Position numbers and translations under genes: made by a program
The notes under the pieces: generated by a model
The model's database searches: none
What the model was told of the DNA's origin: nothing
The model's input: the letters and a program-made list of their open reading frames with translations, nothing else
Part shown: positions 14,918 through 27,600 of the stretch, piece after piece
Position numbering within the stretch: position 1 is the stretch's first letter
Layout: each line of letters opens with the position of its first letter
NCBI GenBank assembly: GCA_012295275.1
Contig: CM022679.1
Span: 19,964,001 to 20,028,000 of the forward strand
Direction: 5' to 3'
Source: Chrysomallon squamiferum
Lineage: Eukaryota; Animalia; Mollusca
Length of the DNA: 64,000 nucleotides

Positions 14918-16839
14918 TTCCTACAGCTGTGACTGGATGACATGTCTGAAGCTATGGGATGTAGTTCTGTGGGTGGATGACTGGAAGAAAGGCTTGTTGT
15001 ACACACTATTAGCTATTCCTTGTTTTCTACAACCTCACAAAGTCTTACTTGCTCTTGTGTCAGGTAAACTGTTATCTTGTGTGTAGAGTAGGAGTTAGCT
15101 TAGCACATGTATATGTTCATAAATTATATCACAAGCTGTGCACTTTTGTTCTTTATTTCAGTAAAATTTAGTAAAATAATATTATTTATACAACAAAAAT
15201 TATTTGTTCATTTTTTCGTGGTTTTTTAGAATGTATCTAATTTAGTTTGATTTTGTTTTCAATAAAAATGTTTCAGAATAAGATAAGAAAAGAACATTTT
15301 TTTATTTTCATATGCATTTTTCTTTGTTAGCTTGAACTCTGTTTTTTATTGTTCATACTAATAAGAATTTCAAAAATTACAGAATTAATTTCTCACAGTT
15401 CTGTATAATTATATAACTTTGTTATTCAATTACACCTTTTTGAAATACAAATTTATTCCTTTTTCATTTTAATTTATTAACATGAAAGTTGTGTATGTAA
15501 ATTTGATCAGCACTTGAACAGTTAATGTAGAGATACAAATAAACTCTAATTTCTTCAATAATAATATCTGAGTTATAACAATAGTAACAAATCACCATTT
15601 ATAAATTGTGTTCTTCAGCATCAGTAATTTAAAATAAAAATTTTTCATTTTGCAGTTAATTATAATATTGACATGTATATAAAAATAATTTTTATATAGT
15701 TTAACATTATAATACGTATTTAAGCATAAGAATGAAATATTAATTTTAAATGATTTTAAATGTACTTAAGATATTGGTATATAAAGCTGATATTTTCATG
15801 GGTTTGGATTCTGTCAGTTTAATTCCACAAATTATGTAGTTTTTAGTAGTTTCTTTTATTTATTTTGATTAATAAATTATTTCTGTAGATTTTTATAATT
15901 TGTTTCCACCTAGTGTTTTGTATTTTATATTATTTGTTTTTAGGTTGCTTAGTTTTAATTAGTGGAATGTTTTATATGCTAAAAACATTCAAGACAAGAA
16001 GAGATAAACAACTAGAAATGGTGTCACAAAAACATACTTATGATAGGTCAGTGTACTGATAGCACTTGATAAAGAAAAATGATTATTTGGGTGTGAAATA
16101 AGGACTCATCATCTGTTCCAGTAGAAAAATGTCAGGACAAAAAGAAAGAAAGAAAAAAAAAAAAAAAGAAATAAAAAGAAAACAAAAAGAAAGCTGCAAC
16201 AGATCATGCAGATGTTTATATGATTCAAGGTAAAATTGCTTGCAATAGATTTTGAACTTATTTCACACCTTGTGATGATGATTTGTAATAATTTTATCTG
16301 GTAACTTGTTAACAAATGTATTTTGAATTTTAGTATTTGTTATAAGAAAAAAGAATGTTTATTACAGTTTTAAGCAACTTAAGTCGTTCCAAATGTTTAA
16401 TTTAACAAAACTGATAAAATTAGGCAATATCTGTTTAATATAATATATGAAAGTTCCTTCTTTTTAAATTTTAGTTAATTTTCTCAGAATTTTGCAGTCC
16501 TTAATTAAAATAGGAGATAATCTCCTTTAACCTCTGGTTTTGCATTCTAAACGTAATACACTTTGTTCATTTCCTTTGATAAGGAGCATGTTTTTTATTT
16601 GTTATAACAAAAAGCTACCTGCTAAGCTTTTTCCTGTTAAAGATACACATATTTAAAATTTAATCAGAAAGCATTTTATGGGTATTTGAAGAATATAAGT
16701 TGATTTAAATATTATTTTTATTGTGCTTTTACATAGATTTGACAATATTCAGGATGACATGATAGAGGAGGATATAATCAATCCAAACACTGAACAGCCA
16801 ATGAGTGTTGCAGATCAGTCAGAAATATTAGAAGTATGA
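11432..16839 (+). CDS. TMEM72-like / Flower-superfamily multi-pass membrane protein, 6 exons, 186 aa
   Basis: Exons 11432-11516, 12970-13030, 14261-14332, 14927-15063, 15944-16046, 16737-16839; GT-AG with consistent phases (561 nt). Protein: MPVGLKTDDCCCEVYLWTCRVSGFLAVLVLSGAGVEATYYGHMLGIYLLVLAFFMAALEVVFAVKSFIALGAGCDWMTCLKLWDVVLWVDDWKKGLLYTLLAIPCFLQPHKVLLALVSGCLVLISGMFYMLKTFKTRRDKQLEMVSQKHTYDRFDNIQDDMIEEDIINPNTEQPMSVADQSEILEV. It has about four hydrophobic segments. The TCRxxG, VLxGxGxE, KxLxYxLL and CFLxP motifs resemble TMEM72 (recalled, not searched). Confidence 0.85.
13646..14030. repeat. (CT)n microsatellite followed by a ~35 bp minisatellite in intron 2 of the TMEM72-like gene
   Basis: Pure CT run at 13646-13724, then units like ATTGCATTATATACTTTACTAATATTTTCTCT. 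Confidence 0.9.
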
Positions 16840-17665
16840 CACAACACTTTCAACATCACCGTGTTTTTAATATCTCATATTTGTACAGCTCAGTGTTTTA
16901 CAGTTTCCTGATATACTGCTTTTTTATTGTTTATTATTGTTGTTGTTGCAGGTATTATTATTACTATTATTACTATTATTATTTTTATAGTTATTATTAT
17001 TTTGTTAATATTAATATTATTCACATCCTTATTCTTATTTCCCCTTTTTTCATTCTTTTTTTGTTTTTTGTTTTTGACTAATGTAGTTTTTAGGATATCT
17101 ATCAAAATAATGTACTCCATAGATGATAATAATGATTATTAATTATTGCTATTCTTCTTATATCTTTTATGTTTTATATATATACATTATTTCAAGTGCA
17201 TTTCAAAAACATTATAATTCCAGTTGAAATTTGATTTACACTATTTCAAAAGTGTATATTTTGGTTGCAAGACATTGTTTACTGATGTTTGAAACATTTT
17301 ATTTTATATAGAAAACAAATGTGTTTTTAACTAGAGTTCATTTTGTTACCTAGATTAACACTTCTCAGATTTACAACATCAGTTCTTGATGTAAGAGAAA
17401 ATTCAGATAAAGATGTGATTCTATTGAAATTATTGTTGACACTCAATTTCATGGACCTTGATTTTCAGGATTTTACTGCCATTTCTCACTTGAAACCTTA
17501 CTTAAAGGTACAACTAAGTTATTTTAGGTCCTGCTGTACAATCATGGCAATCCCCTCTCTTGTAAACTTTTACAGCTGTAGCCATAACCATCCTAAACAA
17601 ACAAATTTCACCCAGCATAGCCTACCTTTTCTGCTGTACATTTTTCATCACATATACTGTACACG

Positions 17666-17942
17666 ACATTTGTTTACATTGTTTTATTTCTTCTGTTGTC
17701 TTGCATTTCTATATCTCTGTATTGTATATGTGTTATGTGGACTACAATTTAATGTTTCAGTGAATTTTGGGGTTAATGTTTACATTTGTGAATTCCCATG
17801 ACATTTGTTTACATTGTGTGTTTTTTTATGTCTTTCTGTTGTTCTTGCATTTCTATATCACTGTACTGTATATGTGTTATGTGTACTAAAATTTAATGTT
17901 TCAATAAATTTTAGGGTTAATGTTTACATTTATGATTTCCCA
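17666..17942. repeat. Tandem duplication, 2 x ~135-140 bp, in the presumed 3' UTR
   Basis: GACATTTGTTTACATTGT...CTTGCATTTCTATATC...TATGTGTTATGTG...GGGTTAATGTTTACATTT occurs at 17666 and 17800. Confidence 0.85.
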
Positions 17943-18249
17943 GACTTTTAGCATTGTCCAAACCAGTGCTTCTCTCCACCATTAGCATGTTAAAATAAGA
18001 ATCAGCAGTATTGTCTGGAATGACGTTTTCTTAATATCTGAAATGTTTCTGTACATCTCCGATTTTCTTTAAAATATTTCTTTATACTTCATTTTGTTAT
18101 TTATTATTCATCTTTTTTGTTTTCTTCTTCCTGATCTGTCTTTTAACATTAGTAATGTTTTTGTTTTGTATTATTTTTTTTTTGATAATCTTAAATATAT
18201 ATATTATTTTTTATATTGAAATCATTTATCTACATTATGTACATATCTG

Positions 18250-18520
18250 AAATGTCTCATTAGTTATCTGAACTGTTTGTTATCAGTAAAACTTCATTAA
18301 ATATATGAAATATTTGTTACCTGTAAAACTTCATTAAATATGTGAAATATTTGTTCCCTGTAAAACTTCATTAAATATATGAAATATTTCTTTAGTTACC
18401 TGAAATGTTTTTATCAGTAAAACTTTATTAAACATATGAAATGTTTCTTTGTTTACCTGTAATGTTTGTTACCAGTAAACCTTCATTAAACATATTATTA
18501 AATGTTTCTTGACATCTGAA
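18250..18520. repeat. ~38-60 bp minisatellite
   Basis: GTAAAACTTCATTAAATAT(A/G)TGAAATATTT recurs. Confidence 0.8.
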
Positions 18521-20730
18521 TGTTTCTTTAGTATGTTAATTGTTTCATGAAATGTTTCTAGAAAAACATTTTTGTTTGTTATATTTATGAGGAAAAATTA
18601 ACCTCTAATGTTTTGAGTCTCTTTCCAGTCATTTGTTTGTTACTTGTTGACAATATGAAATTCATTTATCTATGAAATTATTCATGGAATATGTTTGAAC
18701 AATATGTGTGTGCATGATACACTGTGTTAAAATAGCCTTGTGTATATTGTAATGTTTTCTTATTAGTGTTCTTCCAGTTATAACTTGTTTTGTGATAATA
18801 ATGAACTATATAAGTGGTGTTTGTATCTACGAGTGTGTGTGTGTGTGTGTGTGTGTGTTTGTGTGTGTGTGTTTGGCTGCCCCCCAAAAACCAAATTATC
18901 CAAAGTTTCTTTTCTTATGTACGTATAATTTTTTTTAATATTCAGTACAATAATAAGTCTTTTTCAAAATCAAATATAAAGAGGAAATTAATTTACTTTA
19001 GCCTGAAATAATAATAATAATAAATGCTATTTTCTTCATGTAACCAGTATATATTTTTTTAGGCTATAATCATATAACTGTGAATCTAACCAAATGCTCT
19101 TGGTTTCACAAACTTGTATATTTTTTTTGGCTGATATATTTTTTACATTATAAATGAATATTTTCACCTTGAAAGCTGGATCAGTGGCAATGATGAAGGA
19201 AATTTGTTGATGGTATATTATTGGAATGTGTGTCGCAGTATTTCCTCCAATACCTATCATCTCATTTCAGATGTTTCTCTCAATTACTTTATAAATCAGA
19301 TTATATACTAATATTATATTAATAGAAAATTTAAATTCTGTATTAATTTGACAGACCAGATATTAAATAAATAAAAACTGTTTAACTTAATTATTGTAAT
19401 CAATAGAAAATTTGTGTCAGATATCAGAGCCATAGATAATTTTCATAGTCTACAGTCCTGTTTAATAATTATTTTTACAAAACAACAATAACATTCAGTG
19501 ATGTGCTTGATGTGAAATCCATTATAAAATGTTTTTATTGTATGAATTATATCATTCAACATTTTTAAATTTGTCTTTTAAACCTTAAACAGAAGTTGTA
19601 TTATTTTGATTTTGAACTTCATTCATATCATATCATATATTATTTTTGTCTTTTTTGTGTCATATTTTTTCTTTTTTGAAGTTATTTTTTATTTGTATGC
19701 AATATGTTTCTCATGTGTAACAATGGATGTATATTTTACAGAATATTATTTATTACAAAAATGAAAACTGAAAAATTAACATTGTTCTTTACTTTATATT
19801 AACAACTACTGAGGTAAGTTACTGTGAAAAATATAAAAAAAATTCTTTTTATAGTATAAAAATGTAATAGAGTAATAGTAAATAACTAAAAATGTATGAT
19901 AGTTTATTTAAGTGTCACTGAAATAAATAGCTGATGAAAAAAAAAGAAATGATGATGATGAAAATGCTTAACATAGCTGATAAATGTTTTATTTTTATAA
20001 TTATTTTTTTATTGATGAAATTGCTTATCATTGTTTTTGAAGTAAATAATTAAAGATGTATGAAAAATTAATGAAATCATAATATAGGTATGGTTGCACA
20101 CATTTGGGATTCCATGACTTTGTAAAATGTGCTGTATTTGTAAGACTGTTCTGATGTATTCAACTGTAAAAATGACTTGTGTTGTTTATTGTATGAAAAT
20201 ATTGGTAATTTCACACTGAGATGGTATTAGAATTTTGGATAGTGATGTAAATACTGTGAAATATTCTTTACATCTTTGAAGAGACAGATGTCAAGGGTAA
20301 GCAACTGTAAGAAACTTCTTAACATATTCAGTTGATGTTTGTGATAATGTTTATTTGTATTGCTCGTTACAGTGCTATTTTGGTAAACTTAATTTGACTG
20401 CTTTTTATTTTCCCATATAATTTAATGCATATTTTCTGTTACACTTTTAGCATAAGTTTTTGTTTATGTTATATTTGAAAGATCTGCAAGATTTACTTTA
20501 ATTTTACTCAAGATCTTTTTAAACTATTTCTAAAACTTTTTTATTTTCATAAATGTTTCTAGTCACTTATTAGCAGAATTGTTTTCTGTTTACTGAATCT
20601 GAGTGCTATTGTTTTATCTTTTAGTGTATATATCATAAAGATCTGAAGTGAGAATATGTTTATTTATCATTTTTTAAATATCATTTCCTTTGACATATGA
20701 TCCTAATGAACTGTTTACAAGTTAAACAAA

Positions 20731-20950
20731 CAGAATGGCCAACTTTTAATCCTTCTCTCTTGGTAGATCAGCAAAATTTAAGGGTATCTGTGTCATCTGG
20801 GGAAATGAAATCTTCAGGCTGGGGTACAAGATATGCTCCCTTTTTAAACTAAATATGTTATTTTTGGAGTAATTATTTTACTGGGTTTTTTTTTGTTTTA
20901 TATATTTATTTATTTGTTGATTTAAATATAAATATTATTTTTTTATCATT

Positions 20951-20990
<40 letters not shown>

Positions 20991-21073
20991 TACAAGATGT
21001 GTGTGTATGTATAGATGTGTTGAGAAAATATAAAAAATTTGGGGGTACAAGAATTCAAGGTTAAGAACTACTG
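20731..21073. mobile_element. Possible decayed hAT-type MITE
   Basis: The right end AAGGTTAAGAACTACTG resembles hAT MITE termini (AAGGTTGxGAACCACTG), and GGGGTACAAG occurs twice internally. The left end is poorly conserved and I see no TSD. Confidence 0.3.
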
Positions 21074-22361
21074 TTCAGTAGATTATGTTCAGGTGACAGG
21101 TACAGAATGGTTTATTAAGTTCTATAACAGGCTTATTTTAAGTGAACAAATTCTCTGTGTGATAACATCTTGGTCTGAAAGATAAATCTAATATTTACAC
21201 GATTCATTTTGTAAGAAATTGGTATTTGAATTGTACTAATAATTTGCTTTGTACTTATAGCATAAAATAGTCATGTTAGGAGTTCTATAATCTTTCTTTT
21301 TCCACTTAACTCTGTTAAATGTTTTAATGTTATTTATGTAAGCAGGGTGTACATTGATATAGATATATTTTGAAGACATGAAAAATTGTTGGTTTTTGTT
21401 GTTGTTTTTTTCAATTACACAATAGTATGTAAACAAATTTAGAACAGTTACTTTTCCAGCTTTGAATTATTGCTTAGGAATCAAAATTTGTTTTTAAAGA
21501 TTTAAAGTTATTTGCAGACTTGCTGTCTAGTTACTTATCAAGAAAATAGAAACTGATTAAAATTTACCAAATTTAAATAAATTCTATAATTCAAATAATA
21601 ATGATTAACTTTTAAAAAATAATAATAATTAAAAAAAAAAAAAAAATTGTTTTGATCATTTTTGGAGTACATAATTTTTAGTGATTATTTATTGAACTGA
21701 TCTGTAAAAATGTCTCTGCAAAAGACTTGTAAAATGAGGATTTCCATACATGTGCTGCTTGCTTCATTTCATTAAAAATCTTTTTCATTGTAATTAACTG
21801 TCACATTCTAAAATGTCAGTTTTTAAGTAAAAAATATTTTTCCAGTTACCTGTACTCTCTGTTTATAAAATTTCATTGTTTAAAAAAAAAAAATAATAAT
21901 AAATAAAAATTATTCTTTATTGAATCTTTATTGTTTTCTTTTTTTTTTAATAATAAAATAAAAATAAACTTTTTTCAACATCAAAGATTATGGTGCACAG
22001 CTGAAAGTTTAATTTTTAAAATAAAAAAAAAAAAAAAAGAATATACCTTCTCTTCCTTTTAGTACAAAATTAGTAATACAAATTTACAAATTTTTTTTCT
22101 TTCAGTAATCTCTATTTCAAATTATTTATTTATTTATTATTATTACTATTTAATTTTTAATTTTTTAATTAACATTTTTTTTTTGTAATGGTCTTTAGCT
22201 ATCTTATCTGATGCATTATATTTCCTTATTTTCTATTACTGTATTAATATTTTTTTTTATAAAAATCAAAGTATTTACAAAAAATAATAATAATAATAAA
22301 ATGTCTTATGTAACTTAGTTTAGAGACTTGATCATTATCCCATCACACATTCTGATTACTA

Positions 22362-23895
22362 TTTATTTAGTTTTGAAATATATTTTATCTTTGGCTATGA
22401 CATGTTTTTGTTTTTGCATTTGTAGAAATTGTTTGCTGTGACATATTTGCTTTTTTCCACTTTTGTGCATTCGATGTATTTAATGCATTAAAATATATTT
22501 TTACATTTTTGGTTTATTTTTTATTTTTCATACTGCTGTTTGAATGAATAAATAAATAAATAAAATTTAAGAAAATATATATAATAATTAAAAAATAAAA
22601 TAAAAGTCCCTTGGATGTCATTGAATATTAGTTAACCCATTTTATCTTTTTTATCTTGAGCATGATTTGATTGTATATATATTACAATCAATCTTTGAAA
22701 TCAGTCATTATGCAAATGCTCAAACAAATGAGTCAGACACAACCATGAAATAAACAAAATAGTTGAAAATTCCAGCTACTTAACAAAATAACTGAAAATC
22801 ATGACCAGGCATTATATAAAATGACTAAAGTGCTCTCTGTAATACCACACCACTTGAATCTTAATGTAACACTTTATGTAAACTCAAATCATGGATGATA
22901 ACCAGCCTGGGTCACACAATTTTAGTTCTGCTGTGAATTCATTTCCATTGTCACTGGGTAATAGATGGGCACCAGTGAGAAGGAATTTATCAGGCAGGTG
23001 ATCAGCGACCTCTACAGCATGATTTGAACTTAGGGCTGGAAGAAGACAACGTTATTCAGGTTTTGATAGATAAAAATCAACTTAAATAAATTTTGGACCA
23101 TGGACATAAATGTGATCAAAATGTCAGCTGTGGAAAAGGATGGGTACACTGAGTAGGGCAGTCATTTAACTAATAGGCACACATTAACTGGCAAAAAGAA
23201 TCTTCAAACAGAATTCAGGATATTCTGGTGTATTGATATGTATGTATGTACATGTGTACACACACACACTCACTCATATTCATACACACACACACACACA
23301 TAATTTCTATGCTGTGTATACTGTACTTTTAAATGTGATAATAATGTAATAATTGTAATATTAAACTGATATAATACTGTACTTTGTTAAGCAAAACCAA
23401 GTGGCTGAGTATATTAATATACATGTATGTAGCAATACTGCATTAATAAACTGAATTTTTGAAAGTACTTTTAAATTTATTTAAGCAACTATACTGAAAA
23501 AATAAATAACGTGCCAACTTTTCCAAATTTGTATAGTGCCATTTCTTCCAGGTGCCATTATTTCCTACACCCACTTTGAACACCATCTGAGAGTAAAATG
23601 CATTCTCAGGTTTGATAGCACATTCTGATATGGCATGTTGTACATTTCAGCATCTTGCTCATCATTTTCACTTAAAATATCAAGAGAAGCTTCTTTCTCA
23701 GAATATATTTGTATTTGAATGAGCAGACTCTCTTTCTTTCATTAACAGCAATTTCATAAGGAAAAGAAACAGTCGAGTTTCCAGTGATACTGGTTGCTGT
23801 TTCTCAGGCGTTATACATGATGAGGGCACTAGAAGATTCATAAATGTGGCCATCAGTTGTTGTTTTTTTTTTTTTTTTTAGCCAGGTATGGACGA
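22362..23895 (+). repeat. Long direct repeat, copy A (~1.5 kb)
   Basis: Collinear with 30436-31805. The core 22603-23652 is near-identical to 30633-31682. Copy A has an extra 119 bp (23651-23769). Confidence 0.97.
22891..23048 (-). pseudogene. Decayed rve-type integrase/transposase fragment (KRBA2/SCAND3/Ginger-like), copy A
   Basis: The minus strand reads CLLPALSSNHAVEVADHLPDKFLLTGAHLLPSDNGNEFTAELKL, then frameshifts into LVIIH. This fits the pattern typical of these integrases (CxLRPLxSKxAxEVAxxLxDIFxxxGAPxILQSDNGxEFT...ELKxLWPxLxIxHG). Confidence 0.7.
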
Positions 23896-24539
23896 CTGTG
23901 CAACTAGGAAGCCCCCCCCCGTCAAGTAACCCTCTCCTAACACATTCTGTTTACAGATGATCACATTTATATCAAAATTGAAAGAACACAGAAATATGGT
24001 GCCGAAAACGACCGACAAAAACCAACATATAAAATAAACGTTTTGATGCAATTAGTCGCTATTACTGTTTTCCAGTTTGTTAATAGTATCTTTTTATTTG
24101 TTGAAGATAACTGTGAATGTGTTTGTACTAATCAATTTGTTTTCGGCCATTATGAATTTATCTTAATCAGAAATTATAATATATGTTTATGAATATTAGA
24201 AATTCAGTTTAATCCATACTAAAGAATTGAATTTGTTAAAAGAAAAAGTACATGTAATAGGGTGAAGCGTGAAAGAAGCTGAGATAACGCCGAACCCAGC
24301 TAAGTCTTGCAGTTAACAAGACATCAGTAATATTCATTTATTGAACAGTGTGTTAAGATGACACTCTTGTTTATGATAAAATACGAATCTGTGAATTTAT
24401 ATTTCTTATTAATTGGAAATGGTTATATTTCATTACATTCATATTTTATTATTCTGATCATTAAAATTTTATTTTTGTTCACCCGTATTTACATCTTACT
24501 CAAATGGCGATAACTTGTCTTTTAAAATCGCTTTACGCT

Positions 24540-24665
24540 GAAAGATGTGTTTTACGTAGTTTGACGACAATGCGCGATGTGGTTCATGTCGACGTCATTA
24601 GTTTAAACCAATCGAAACGCTGTTGTCATGGTTAGACAATTGATCAATTGTTTTAACAATCAGAT
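24540..24665 (+). promoter_or_regulatory. Putative CpG-rich proximal promoter of the AT-hook gene
   Basis: Local CpG cluster; CRE-like GACGTCA at 24591-24597, CCAAT at 24608-24612 and X-box-like GTTGTCATGGTTAG at 24622-24635, just upstream of ATG 24666. Confidence 0.45.
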
Positions 24666-27600
24666 ATGGCTCCAACGGGTAAGCGTTTAGTTGTAATATA
24701 TAATTTGATCAGAAAAGAAAATGGAAACAAAAACACTAAAGAAATAAGACTGGGAAGTAAATAATTTATCCAAATAAAAGGAATTAATTTAAAAAAAAGA
24801 GTAATTTAATTTAGAACTTAAAATCATCATGCCGTAATCATACCTATTGATATTTAAGTGTATGCCCTAATAATTCACAAACTATTTAGTTTTTAACGAT
24901 ATCAATAAATTTTACATTTCATTTTATATTTCCTTAATACTAGAAAGTTGTGAAAAATGTATTCAAATGTTAGGTTAAATGTTCTATAAAGTTATATTTA
25001 TTTATTTATTTAAATATTTATGTATCTAAAATATCACTTATTATAACTTATTTTATTTTTAAAGTAGGGAAAATATTTAGATATTTCATAAAAAAAAAAA
25101 AAATAAATAAATAAATAAATAAATAAAAAATTAGGTCAGGATAATATTCTAAGGGTATCGCAATCTGACAAAAGACTGGTGACCGACGTGTGTGTGTGTC
25201 TGTGTGTGTAAAAGATGTTACGTTTTGAAAGCTTCTTGCGTTCTCATCTGTACAGAGTTCGTTCTTGTTGTCAGCATCTAATATTTTACCGATTTTTCTC
25301 GCACATAATCACTGTCATTAGATAGTCGAAAAATAAAATGGCAAGAAAATGCATGCTTACGAACCATTCGGATCCACGTTTTCTTTTTTGCAACGATTTC
25401 ATTTTGTAAGTTTTTTATTTCAAACATCTGAATGTTTATTACCCATTTCGGAAAGAAAATTAACATTACGGAAAACATCGTATTAATGGTTACTGAAGGA
25501 TTTCAGTAATAATTTTATATTCAAAAGCGTTAAAAGCTTTCACTTAATCTGTGGATGATTTCGGGAACTTGCGATGGTCAAAACTCAAATGAATTTTCAC
25601 TTTAATAATATACTATGTTATATAAAATACTACACTATATAGGTATCACAATCTGTCAATCCCACAGAGATATAGATGACAGAAACAGGAGGTATGTAAA
25701 TACAAACCACGGGTACCGAAATCGAAATCGATGTTGAATAGATGCTGATAGTGACAAAAGTGCTATTTTTATTTTGTTGGGAAACCAGTGTCATTTCTAC
25801 AAACGTCGAACTTAACAGAAAACTCTTGAAACAGTGAAACCCAGTTAAACTGCAGCATAAGACAATCCCCAGTAAATATGGTAATTAGCAGACCATCTCA
25901 GATTGTATATTTAATATTAACATCACTCATTTACTGATTTTCAGAAAATCGCAGTGGCAGAAAAAGGGGAAGGCCAAGAAAGGGTGAGTAAATATTTTTG
26001 ATTATTATACTTCATTAAAGGTTTTTAAAGAAGACTGACTTTTTTATTTTTTATCATTTCTTTCTCTGTCACTCCTCTACTTTTTCTTTTTTTAAATAAA
26101 TGATAAAAAGAAAGAAAGAATGGATAATTTATATATTGTTTTCAAAAAAAATTTAAATATCTTAAAATGTCAGTTGATTTCTTATAAAGAAGTATCGGTT
26201 CGGGTAGTTTTTAGACTGTTACAAAGTTGAGGATTAGGGCCAATCTTCTCAGATAGTCCATTGCTTAAGTGACAACACTGAAACTCCATAACTGCAGAAT
26301 AAAAAAATAAGAGTTTGTTGTAGGTAAACTGTTAAATAAAAACTGGATGTAAATGGCCTTGTGGCATTTAACCAGATTTGAAGGCTTTATTTGAAGTTAA
26401 ATTTCAAGGCCAGTGGTCATATTTTTTCTTCTGACCATTTGTCATTCAGTAACAACATGTTTAAGTGTGCCAGATGACTCCCTTGCTGTTTTCAGTTTGG
26501 TAATAAACCTTCACAGCCAGTTTTATCATGTACTGATTGCATGTGAACAGCCTGCTATATTCTCAAAAAATATACTTTGCCAATCTACCTTAGCAAATAT
26601 TTTGTTTTTCAGTTGGCAATTTATATTGCTGTGTTATTACGTTTGGTTCATGTTCTTTTTTAATTCATAATTGTGCATTTTACTATGTAAATTATTTTTA
26701 GTGCTTGTTACATCTACACATGTAATAAAAATGACTTTTTTCTTACTGTAACTCTAATTCCATTAGAAAACTACAACATTTTTATATATATATATATATA
26801 TATAAAACCAAGTATGATTGAACAAAATAACAGGAAGTGTTTGTCTGTTCAACTTAGATTTCAGTGAGATTAAAGTTCAAACTTCTATATAAATAAATGT
26901 TTTAGAGACTTTTAATATTTGATCTTCATTTTATTTATATATTCCGAATTGACAAGTGTGAATGATTTATTATTATTATTGTTATTATTATTATTACTAT
27001 TATTATACTTATTATGTTTATGTTTATTCCTATTCCTATTAGTATTAGCCTTGACCAGACATCTTAGTGTAAGAAATTTCTCAGTGATATGATAATTAGC
27101 ATGAAAATTAATAATAATATATTTCATTTATATTAATTTTAACATTACTGATTTTCAGAACAACCTAAAAGAGGTCGTCCCAAAAAAAGTAAATATATAT
27201 TTTTAATTCTATTTTATGAATTTTTTTTAAAGAGTTGATTTCTTTTTTTTTTCTGAAATTTTGTTCTGGTACTACAAAGTCTAGTTTTTATAAAGAAATG
27301 TCAGTTGATATCATATATTTGTTTGGTACTACAAAGTCTAGTTTTTATAAAGAAATGTCAGTGTAGGGTCAGTTACAGAGTATTACCAACGGCAGGATTA
27401 AGTCAAACTAAGTCACCAAGCACAGTGCAATAGCTTTGTGACCATCATCCCCCACCATTGCTGAAGTAACAACACACTGGACTCCATAACTGCAGATTAT
27501 TAATATGAGTATAAGAATTTACAAACCTTCTTCTGGCCAAACAAAATAATTTAACTGAATAAAAAGTGGAGTTCAGTAACTTTAATACTAAACCAAAGGA

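Noticed and set aside
16836-17801. Several ORFs (81, 76, 71 and 152 aa) after the TMEM72-like stop
   Set aside because: Low-complexity (TAT/ATT)n and duplicated UTR sequence with no recognisable domain.
25668-25691. Possible extra micro-exon ending in GAG|GTATGT in intron 1 of the AT-hook gene
   Set aside because: The 24-nt version introduces an in-frame TAG and the 9-nt version has a poor acceptor. Not included without reads.
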